Shown here piece after piece: positions 56,198-64,000 of a stretch of 64,000 nt of DNA. Each line of letters opens with the position of its first letter. Position 1 is the first letter of the stretch. A program made the position numbers and the translations under genes. Below the pieces are notes generated by a model that was not told the origin of the DNA, made no database searches, and was given only the letters and a program-made list of their open reading frames with translations. Source of the stretch: an uncultured delta proteobacterium (GTDB lineage: Bacteria > Desulfobacterota > Desulfuromonadia > Desulfuromonadales > JACZKF01); the NCBI GenBank assembly GCA_963816395.1, contig CAWFKQ010000010.1:64001-128000 (forward strand), written 5' to 3'.

Positions 56198-56208
56198 TCG
56201 CCCCCTGT

Positions 56209-56284
56209 GCTGGCGTAGCTCAATAGGTAGAGCAGCTGACTTGTAATCAGCAGGTTGCGGGTTCAATTCCTGTCGCCAGCTCCA
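56209..56284 (+). tRNA. tRNA-Thr (UGU)
   Basis: Cloverleaf, anticodon loop cttgtaa, CCA end. Confidence 0.97.
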
Positions 56285-56333
56285 GTGAGCAGCCGGTGCT
56301 CAGCGGCACCATTGAAAAGTAGACGCTTCCCCT

Positions 56334-56418
<85 letters not shown>

Positions 56419-56529
56419 TGCAATCTTGCCGGACTTGATGCCGGCTGGCCGTTTCCAGGAGGCAATTGCCGACCGCACTGGGACGATGGCTGGTAATCGG
56501 TCCACGTTGCTGCAGAATATAAGCTTTGG

Positions 56530-56606
56530 GCGGGAGTAGCTCAGTTGGCTAGAGCATCAGCCTTCCAAGCTGAGGGTCGCGGGTTCGAATCCCGTTTCCC
56601 GCTCCA
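56530..56606 (+). tRNA. tRNA-Gly (UCC)
   Basis: Cloverleaf, loop cttccaa, CCA end. Confidence 0.97.
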
Positions 56607-56636
56607 AACAAAATCCGCAGGTCGTCATTGAGATAA

Positions 56637-56712
<76 letters not shown>

Positions 56713-56824
56713 TCCGTTGCGTGCGGGGATTCTTTCTGTTTTAACGTAGTTCGTTGGGTCGCAAGATTCCGGCGGCCATATTCAGGCGAAAAAAGATTTA
56801 AAAGACCAAAAGGGAGGTTGACGA

Positions 56825-58026
56825 ATGTCTAAAGCGAAATTTGAAAGAACCAAGCCCCATGTCAACATCGGGACTATTGGCCACGTTGACCACGGCAAGA
56901 CGACCCTGACGGCCGCCATCACCAAAGTCATGGCCTCCAAGGGTTTGGCCGAATTCAAGGCCTTCGATGCGATCGACAACGCTCCGGAGGAGCGCGAGCG
57001 CGGGATCACCATCGCCACTGCCCACGTTGAATATCAGACCGAGAAGCGGCACTACGCGCATGTGGACTGCCCGGGCCACGCCGACTACGTGAAGAACATG
57101 ATCACCGGGGCGGCGCAGATGGACGGAGCGATCCTGGTGGTGAGCGCCGCGGACGGGCCGATGCCGCAGACCCGCGAGCACATCCTGCTGGCGCGCCAGG
57201 TTGGGGTGCCCGCCATGGTGGTGTTTCTGAACAAAGCCGACATGGTGGACGACGCCGAGCTGATGGAGTTGGTCGAGCTGGAAGTGCGCGAGCTGCTCTC
57301 GATGTATGAGTTCCCCGGGCGATGAGATTCCGATCACCGCGGGCAGCGCCCTCAAGGCGCTGGAGTGTGGCTGCGGCAAGGCCGAGTGCAGCGCCTGCAA
57401 GCCGATTCTGGATCTGATGGATAGCGTGGACAGCTACATTCCGCTGCCCGAGCGGCCCATCGACCGGCCTTTCCTGATGCCGGTGGAGGACGTGTTCTCC
57501 ATCTCCGGGCGCGGCACGGTGGCCACCGGGCGCATCGAGCGCGGGGTGGTCAAGGTGGGCGAAGAAGTGGAGATCGTCGGCATGAAGGCGACCGCCAAGA
57601 CGGTGGTGACCGGGGTGGAGATGTTCCGCAAGCTGCTCGATCAAGGGCAGGCCGGCGACAACGTCGGTGTTCTGCTGCGCGGCGTCAAGCGCGAAGACAT
57701 CGAGCGCGGGCAGGTTCTGGCCAAGCCGGGCAGCATCACCCCGCATACGCAGGTTCAAGGCCGAGGCCTACGTTCTGACCAAGGAGGAGGGCGGTCGCCA
57801 TACGCCGTTCTTCAAGGGCTACCGGCCGCAGTTTTATTTCCGCACCACGGACGTGACCGGGGTGGTGGAGCTGCCGGAAGGGGTGGAGATGGTGATGCCC
57901 GGGGACAACATCAGCATGACGGTGAATCTGATCACCCCGATCGCCATGGACAAAGAGTTGCGTTTCGCCATCCGCGAGGGCGGCCGTACCGTCGGCGCCG
58001 GCGTCGTTAGCGAGATCATCGAATAA
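56825..58026 (+). CDS. tuf: Elongation factor Tu (frameshifts near 57318 and 57750)
   Basis: [37 protein letters not shown]. Confidence 0.98.
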
Positions 58027-58084
58027 TCTTATCATGCATTCCCCCTGCCCGGCCTTGCCGGGCGGGGGGTGAAGGATTAAGGCT

Positions 58085-58234
58085 ATGCGGGACATCGTCA
58101 CCCTCGCTTGTACCGAGTGCAAGCAGCGCAATTACACCACCACGAAGAACAAGAAGAGCACTCCGGACAAGCTGGAGTTCAGCAAGTACTGCCGCTTTTG
58201 CCGGAAGCATACTCCCCACCGCGAGACCAAGTAG
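58085..58234 (+). CDS. rpmG: 50S ribosomal protein L33 (zinc-binding form)
   Basis: Hand translation [24 protein letters not shown]...[16 protein letters not shown]. Confidence 0.96.
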   Translation: MRDIVTLACTECKQRNYTTTKNKKSTPDKLEFSKYCRFCRKHTPHRETK

Positions 58235-58271
58235 TCCGCGCCGGTGGGCGCCACGTCGCGATTCCGCCTGC

Positions 58272-58348
58272 AGGCCAGTAGCTCTAACGGCTAGAGCACC
58301 GGTCTCCAAAACCGGGTGTTGGGGGTTCGAATCCCTCCTGGCCTGCCA
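58272..58348 (+). tRNA. tRNA-Trp (CCA)
   Basis: Cloverleaf, loop ctccaaa, CCA end; lies between rpmG and secE. Confidence 0.96.
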
Positions 58349-58383
58349 TTTTCACCAAGACCCTCGTTTGGAGGTTGACCATA

Positions 58384-58572
58384 GTGATCGGCAAAGCGAC
58401 CGAGTTTTTTGCCAACGTCAAAGGGGAATTGAAAAAGGTAACCTGGCCCAGTCGGAAGGATACCTACGCTTCTACCATCGCTGTTCTCGTCCTGGTGGTG
58501 GTGGTGGCGGTTTTTCTCTGGGTCGTCGATTCGGCCCTTTCCACGATGATCCGTCTCCTTCTCAGTCGATGA
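58384..58572 (+). CDS. secE: Preprotein translocase SecE
   Basis: ELKKVTWP followed by a TM segment. Confidence 0.95.
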   Translation: MIGKATEFFANVKGELKKVTWPSRKDTYASTIAVLVLVVVVAVFLWVVDSALSTMIRLLLSR

Positions 58573-58588
58573 AACAGGACGGTAGAAG

Positions 58589-59122
58589 ATGACAATGAGA
58601 TGGTACGGTGTTCATACCTATTCGGGCTATGAAAACAAGGTGAAGCTCAACCTGGAGGAGCGAATCCGGGCCTTGGGTGCCGAGGAGTCCTTCGGCCAGG
58701 TTCTGATTCCCTCCGAAACGGTTGTCGAGTTGAAAAAGGGGGAGCGCCGGACTTCCACCCGGAAGTTCTTCCCCGGCTACATCCTGGTCCAGATGGAGCT
58801 GAATAACGATACCTGGCACATCGTCAAGGAGACGCCGAAGGTAACCGGCTTTGTCGGCGGCGGAACAACGCCGGTGGCGATCCCGGACGAAGAGGTGGGC
58901 AAAATCACCACTCGCATGGAAGAAGGGGTGGAGCGGCCCAAGCCGAAGGTGGAGTTCGAAGTCGGCGAGACGGTGCGTGTTATCGATGGCCCTTTCCTCA
59001 ACTTCACCGGGGTGGTCGAAGACGTCAAGCCTGATAAGGGTAAGCTGAAGGTCATGGTCAGCATTTTTGGCCGGACCACCCCCGTCGAGCTCGAATTCAT
59101 CCAGGTGGAAAAAACCAGCTGA
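58589..59122 (+). CDS. nusG: Transcription factor NusG
   Basis: WYGVHTYSGYENKV, FPGYILV, KOW motif, IFGRTTPVEL. Confidence 0.98.
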   Translation: MTMRWYGVHTYSGYENKVKLNLEERIRALGAEESFGQVLIPSETVVELKKGERRTSTRKFFPGYILVQMELNNDTWHIVKETPKVTGFVGGGTTPVAIPDEEVGKITTRMEEGVERPKPKVEFEVGETVRVIDGPFLNFTGVVEDVKPDKGKLKVMVSIFGRTTPVELEFIQVEKTS

Positions 59123-59131
59123 CACGCTTTC

Positions 59132-59200
59132 GGGTTCAGCGTTCAGCGTTCAAGGCCTGGTCCTCTGGTGCTTTGAATCCTGAACCTTGGACCTTGAATC
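59132..59200. repeat. Intergenic heptamer repeats (gttcagc)n ... (tgaacct-like)n
   Basis: ggttcagcgttcagcgttcaagg, then tgaatcctgaaccttggaccttgaatc. Confidence 0.65.
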
Positions 59201-59218
59201 TAAGTTAAGGAGTTCTTC

Positions 59219-59641
59219 ATGGCCAAAAAGGTTATTGGAATGATAAAGCTGCAGATTCCTGCCGGCAAAGCGAATCCATCGCCGCCGGTCGGCCCCGCCC
59301 TCGGGCAGCACGGGGTCAACATCATGGAATTCTGCAAGGCGTTCAACGCCAGGACCCAGGGAGAAGATGGGATGGTGACCCCCGTGGTCATCACCGTTTA
59401 TGCAGATCGCTCCTTCACCTTCATCACCAAAACTCCGCCGGCTTCCGTCCTGCTGATCAAGGCGGCCAAGGTTCCCAAGGGGTCGGGGGTGCCGAACAAG
59501 GACAAGGTGGGTAAAGTCAGCCATGGCCAGGTGGAGGAGATTGCCAAGCTGAAGATGCCTGACCTCAATGCCTTTGATCTCGCGGCGGCTATCCGGACCA
59601 TTGAAGGGACCGCCCGCAGCATGGGCATTGAAATCGAATAA
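59219..59641 (+). CDS. rplK: 50S ribosomal protein L11
   Basis: [30 protein letters not shown]. Confidence 0.98.
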   Translation: MAKKVIGMIKLQIPAGKANPSPPVGPALGQHGVNIMEFCKAFNARTQGEDGMVTPVVITVYADRSFTFITKTPPASVLLIKAAKVPKGSGVPNKDKVGKVSHGQVEEIAKLKMPDLNAFDLAAAIRTIEGTARSMGIEIE

Positions 59642-59668
59642 ATTTACGGCGGAATCTGGAGAATACGA

Positions 59669-60368
59669 ATGTCTGGGAAAAAACTTGATGCAGCTAAAGC
59701 CAAGATCGACCGGACCCGGGCCTATCCCCTGGAGGAGGCCATCGCCCTGGTGAAGGACAACTCCTTTGCCAAGTTCGATGAGGCGGTCGACATTTCTGTG
59801 CGCCTCGGCGTCGATCCCCGTAAGGCCGACCAGATGGTGCGTGGGGCGGTGGTCCTTCCCAACGGCCTGGGAAAGACGGTCCGGGTTCTGGTCTTTGCCA
59901 AAGGTGAAAAGGTGCAGGAAGCCCGCGACCGCCGGGGCCGACCATGTTGGCGCCGACGATCTGGTGGCCAAGATTCAGGAAGGCTGGTTCGATTTCGATA
60001 CCGCCATCGCCACGCCGGACATGATGGGTATGGTCGGCAAAATCGGCAAGCTGCTCGGCCCCCGCGGCCTAATGCCCAACCCCAAGGTGGGGACCGTCAC
60101 TTTCGACATCGGCCGCGCGGTCACTGAAGCCAAATCCGGGAAAATCTCCTACCGAGTCGAAAAGGCCGGAATCGTTCACGCGCCGGTCGGCAAGGTCTCG
60201 TTTTCTGTCGATAAGCTGCAGGAAAACGTGGTTTCTCTGGTGGATGCGCTGGTCAAGGCCAAACCTTCGACCGCCAAGGGCACCTACCTGAAAAAGGTAT
60301 CCCTCTCCAGCACCATGGGGCCCGGTGTCAATATCGATGTCCCCGCCCTGCAGGCGCTGGTGAAATAG
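59669..60368 (+). CDS. rplA: 50S ribosomal protein L1 (frameshift near 59930)
   Basis: [29 protein letters not shown]. Confidence 0.97.
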
Positions 60369-60419
60369 TTCGCCTTCGTCACGTCAATCGGCGTGTCAGG
60401 CAGTATATCTTTTCGCTCC

Positions 60420-60560
60420 TGGTCAAAGACAGCAGGCATGCCCACCGGGTATTTAATGGTCAACCACCTGCCGAGGCTGAGAATGGTTCTGACGGTTCGC
60501 GACCGTCTCTCTCCGTGACCTCTGACTGGGGCCGGGACTCCTTCGGGAATCCCCATATCA
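60420..60560 (+). promoter_or_regulatory. Probable L10 leader autoregulatory RNA
   Basis: aagacagcagg ... ttaa ... cctgccgagg pattern directly upstream of rplJ. Confidence 0.65.
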
Positions 60561-60580
60561 CACAGAAAGGAGGAGAGACG

Positions 60581-61099
60581 TTGAACAAAGACAACAAGGA
60601 ACAAATCGTTTCCGAACTGGCGGGAAAGCTAGGTGCCGCCAAGGCGGCGTTTCTGGCCGACTACCGCGGACTCAATGTGGAGCAGGTAAACAAGCTCCGC
60701 AATGATCTCCGGGGGGCCGGGATCGAATACCGGGTGGTTAAAAACACTCTGCTGCGCCTGGCCGCAAAGGGCACGGACGCAGAGTGCCTGTCGGGTCTTC
60801 TCGAAGGGCCGACGGCGATCGCCATTGCTACTCAGGACCCGGTCGCCCCGGCCAAAATCCTGGCCGAATTCGCCAAGGCAAACGCCAAGTTCGAGCTCAA
60901 GGGCGGTGCTCTGGGCGGCAAGATCCTGTCTGCTATAGACATTCAGGCTCTCGCTGACCTTCCCAGCCGGGAAGTGCTGCTGGCCCGGATGCTCGGTTCC
61001 TTCAGCGCGCCGGCGACCAATTTCGTCGGAGTGCTCGCCGCTGTTCCGCGTTCGCTGGTGCAAGTGCTGGCGGCCATTCAGGAAAAAAAAGCCGCCTGA
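60581..61099 (+). CDS. rplJ: 50S ribosomal protein L10
   Basis: TTG start after [26 protein letters not shown]. Confidence 0.96.
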   Translation: MNKDNKEQIVSELAGKLGAAKAAFLADYRGLNVEQVNKLRNDLRGAGIEYRVVKNTLLRLAAKGTDAECLSGLLEGPTAIAIATQDPVAPAKILAEFAKANAKFELKGGALGGKILSAIDIQALADLPSREVLLARMLGSFSAPATNFVGVLAAVPRSLVQVLAAIQEKKAA

Positions 61100-61155
61100 T
61101 CGCCGGCCGCAAATCGTATTAACCGACTACCCAATATAACGGAGGAGATGTTAAA

Positions 61156-61538
61156 ATGGCTGACGTGACCAAAGAGCAGGTAATTGAATTTATCGAGAAG
61201 ATGACCGTTCTGGAACTCGCCGGATTGGTAAAGGAACTGGAAGAGAAATTCGGCGTTTCCGCAGCCGCTCCGATGGCCGTGGCCGCCGCCCCTGCGGCCG
61301 CCGCCGCTGCTCCGGTCGAGGAGAAAGGAAGATTTCGATGTCGTTCTCAGCGCTTGCCGGCGACAAGAAAATCAACGTCATCAAAGTTGTCCGGGCCGCT
61401 ACCGGTCTCGGCCTCAAGGAAGCCAAGGATCTGGTCGATGGCGCTCCCCAGGTGGTCAAACAGGGTGTGCCCAAGGCCGAGGCCGAAGAACTCAAGAAGC
61501 AACTGGTGGAGGCCGGCGCCACCGTGGAGCTGAAATAG
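61156..61538 (+). CDS. rplL: 50S ribosomal protein L7/L12 (frameshifts near 61325-61355)
   Basis: [41 protein letters not shown]. Confidence 0.97.
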
Positions 61539-61622
61539 CACCAAAGCACATAGTACCATCGGTAGCCAAGGTCGTCCCGCGCGGCCTTGGCTATTCTACT
61601 TTCGTCACCTAAAGGAGAAATC

Positions 61623-64000
61623 ATGGCTTATTCGATTGCGAATAACCAGTTTCTGCGGAAACATTTTGCCGAGATCAAGAAGATCATCGACATTCCCAAC
61701 CTGATCGATATCCAGAAGAACTCGTACAAGCGTTTCCTGCAGGCGGAGCTCCCTCCTTCGGCACGGCAGAACATCGGTCTGGAAGCCGTTTTCCGTTCCG
61801 TTTTTCCCATCCGCGATTTCAGCGAGACCTGCTCACTGGAGTATGTCTCCTACTCCCTTGGCACCCCCAAGTACGATGTGGAGGAGTGTCACCAGCGGGG
61901 GATGACTTTCGCTGCCCCGATGAAGGTCCGGGTGCGCCTGGTTTCGTGGGACGTCGACAAGGAATCGGGAGTGCAGTCGATCCGCGATATCAAAGAGCAG
62001 GAAGTCTATTTCGGCGAAATCCCCTTGATGACCGAAAACGGCACCTTCATCATCAATGGTACGGAGCGTGTTATCGTCAGCCAGTTGCACCGCTCCCCTG
62101 GTGTCTTTTTCGACCATGACAAGGGGAAAAGTCACTCCAGCGGCAAGATCCTCTACAGCGCCCGGGTGATTCCCTATCGCGGCTCCTGGCTCGATTTCGA
62201 TTTCGACCACAAAGACCTCCTCTACGTGCGTATCGACCGTCGCCGCAAGTTGCCGGCCACGGTCCTTCTGAAGGCCCTCGGGTTTTCCGCCGAGGAGCTG
62301 CTCAATTACTATTACGACATTGAGGAAATTGTTCGCGAGGGTGACGCTTACAAGAAAAAGGCCAATCCTGGCCTGCTCGCCGGCCAGAGGGCACATTACG
62401 ACGTCACTGCCTCCGACGGGGAAGTGATCGTTCGCGCCAACCGCAAATTCACCAAAGCCGCCATCAAAAAGCTGGCGGAAAAAGGTGTTGATTACATTAA
62501 AATCCCCGAGGAGGCGGTGATCGGGAAAATCGCCTCTACCGACATTGTCGATACCGCCACCGGCGAAGTGATCGTCGAGTGTAATGAGGAGATTACCGCC
62601 AGTAAGCTGCAGGAACTGCATGCTCGCGGCATCGATGAGTTCAAGGTCTTGTTCATCGACAACCTTTATGTCGGCCCCTATCTTCGGGAAACGCTGCTGC
62701 TCGACCGCATCGCCACCCCCGAGGATGCCATGATCGAGATCTACCGCCGGCTGCGGCCCGGTGATCCGCCGACCATCAAGAGCGCCACCCTGCTGTTTGA
62801 AAGCCTCTTTTTCAACCCAGAGCGTTACGATCTGTCGACCGTCGGCCGCTTGAAACTCAACTACAAACTCGGGCTGGAGACTCCCCTGGAGCACACCACC
62901 CTGACCAAGGAAGATATCCTGGAGGTCGTACGCTACCTGATCGACCTGCGCAACGGCAAGGGGGCGATAGACGACATCGACCACCTGGGGAACCGCCGGG
63001 TGCGGGCGGTCGGGGAACTGCTGGAAAATCAATACCGGGTCGGCCTGGTGCGCATGGAGCGGGCTATCAAGGAACGGATGAGCCTGCAGGAAATCGACAG
63101 TCTGATGCCGCACGACCTGATCAACAGCAAGCCGGTCTCGGCGGTGGTCAAGGAATTCTTCGGCTCCTCCCAGCTCTCGCAGTTCATGGACCAGACCAAC
63201 CCCCTCTCCGAGATTACTCACAAGCGGCGTCTTTCCGCCCTCGGTCCCGGGGGCCTGACCCGCGAGCGGGCCGGTTTCGAGGTGCGTGACGTGCATCCGA
63301 CGCACTACGGCCGGGTCTGCCCGATCGAAACGCCGGAGGGTCCGAACATCGGTCTGATCGCCTCTCTTTCGACCTATGCCCGGATCAATGAGCACGGCTT
63401 CGTCGAGACCCCCTACAGGCTTGTCCGCGACGGTCAGGTGAGCACCGAAATCCACTATTTCTCTGCCCTCGAGGAAGAGGGGCACGCCATCGCCCAGGCC
63501 AATGCTCCCCTCGACGAGCAGGGGAGGTTCGTCAACGAACTGGTGAACGCCCGCAAAAACGGCGAATTCATGCTGATGAACCGTGAGGAGATCGAGCTGA
63601 TGGACGTCTCGCCGAAACAGCTGGTTTCGGTGGCTGCCGCCCTCATCCCCTTTCTGGAGAACGACGACGCAAACCGCGCCCTGATGGGCTCCAACATGCA
63701 GCGCCAGGCGGTGCCGCTGCTGCGTGCCGATGCTCCCCTGGTCGGCACCGGCATGGAGCGCATCGTCGCCCATGACTCCGGAGCGGCGGTCGTCGCCCGC
63801 CACAACGGAGTGGTGGAGAGCGTCGACGCCGCTCGTATCGTGGTCAAGATCGATGAAGGGGAAGTCGATGAGAGCGGCACCGGCGTCGATATCTACAACC
63901 TGACCAAGTTCGCCCGCTCCAACCAGAATACCTGTCTCAATCAGAAGCCGATCGTCAAGGCCGGCGACTTGGTCAAGCGCGGCGAGATGATTGCCGACGG
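61623..64000 (+). CDS. rpoB: RNA polymerase beta subunit (runs off the end of the window)
   Basis: MAYSIANN..., [54 protein letters not shown]; absent from the ORF track because no stop occurs in the window. Confidence 0.98.
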   Translation, partial: MAYSIANNQFLRKHFAEIKKIIDIPNLIDIQKNSYKRFLQAELPPSARQNIGLEAVFRSVFPIRDFSETCSLEYVSYSLGTPKYDVEECHQRGMTFAAPMKVRVRLVSWDVDKESGVQSIRDIKEQEVYFGEIPLMTENGTFIINGTERVIVSQLHRSPGVFFDHDKGKSHSSGKILYSARVIPYRGSWLDFDFDHKDLLYVRIDRRRKLPATVLLKALGFSAEELLNYYYDIEEIVREGDAYKKKANPGLLAGQRAHYDVTASDGEVIVRANRKFTKAAIKKLAEKGVDYIKIPEEAVIGKIASTDIVDTATGEVIVECNEEITASKLQELHARGIDEFKVLFIDNLYVGPYLRETLLLDRIATPEDAMIEIYRRLRPGDPPTIKSATLLFESLFFNPERYDLSTVGRLKLNYKLGLETPLEHTTLTKEDILEVVRYLIDLRNGKGAIDDIDHLGNRRVRAVGELLENQYRVGLVRMERAIKERMSLQEIDSLMPHDLINSKPVSAVVKEFFGSSQLSQFMDQTNPLSEITHKRRLSALGPGGLTRERAGFEVRDVHPTHYGRVCPIETPEGPNIGLIASLSTYARINEHGFVETPYRLVRDGQVSTEIHYFSALEEEGHAIAQANAPLDEQGRFVNELVNARKNGEFMLMNREEIELMDVSPKQLVSVAAALIPFLENDDANRALMGSNMQRQAVPLLRADAPLVGTGMERIVAHDSGAAVVARHNGVVESVDAARIVVKIDEGEVDESGTGVDIYNLTKFARSNQNTCLNQKPIVKAGDLVKRGEMIAD

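Noticed and set aside
61833..63803. 656-aa minus-strand ORF, and similar long antisense ORFs (e.g. 7821..9998, 3202..5310, 23479..25521)
   Set aside because: Antisense shadows of rpoB, ftsQA, murGC and selB produced by high-GC codon bias; no recognisable motifs

Overview
GC-rich bacterial chromosome segment. Gene content and order (porin-multiheme cytochromes, proS-DUF4388-pyrF-rlmB, tuf/rpmG/secE/nusG/rplKAJL/rpoB) point to Desulfuromonadia (Desulfuromonas/Geobacter-like); this assignment is inference. From left to right: (1) the end of the dcw cluster (mraY-murD-ftsW-murG-murC-murB-ddl-ftsQ-ftsA-ftsZ); (2) a small thioredoxin-like gene and a radical SAM gene; (3) a porin + pentaheme + putative octaheme lipoprotein cytochrome conduit; (4) tpx, a tatA-like gene, a polar amino-acid ABC transporter, a cNMP-GGDEF protein and an old yellow enzyme; (5) the selenocysteine machinery (selA-selB-selD, with SelD itself a selenoprotein; selC; yedF), split by a ~13.5 kb stress/ion block (Na/K-ATPase-like P-type ATPase, glgP, mgtA remnant, two Hsp20, Lon, PRC-barrel, CBS, Trx-CcdA-like); (6) rlmD and ispG; (7) a five-gene ExbB/ExbD/TonB-like operon with no receptor, and an AAA ATPase; (8) proS to rlmB, five standard tRNAs, tuf and the rplK-rpoB region. 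Many essential genes contain 1-bp frameshifts, most likely long-read indel errors. The most unusual observations are: two paralogous 54-57 aa microproteins, missing from the ORF track, lying directly upstream of selA and of selC; the receptor-less Ton/Exb-like motor operon with a Cys-rich non-TonB C-terminal domain; and a cytochrome in which half the candidate heme motifs are non-canonical (CX4CH x3, CX14CH).
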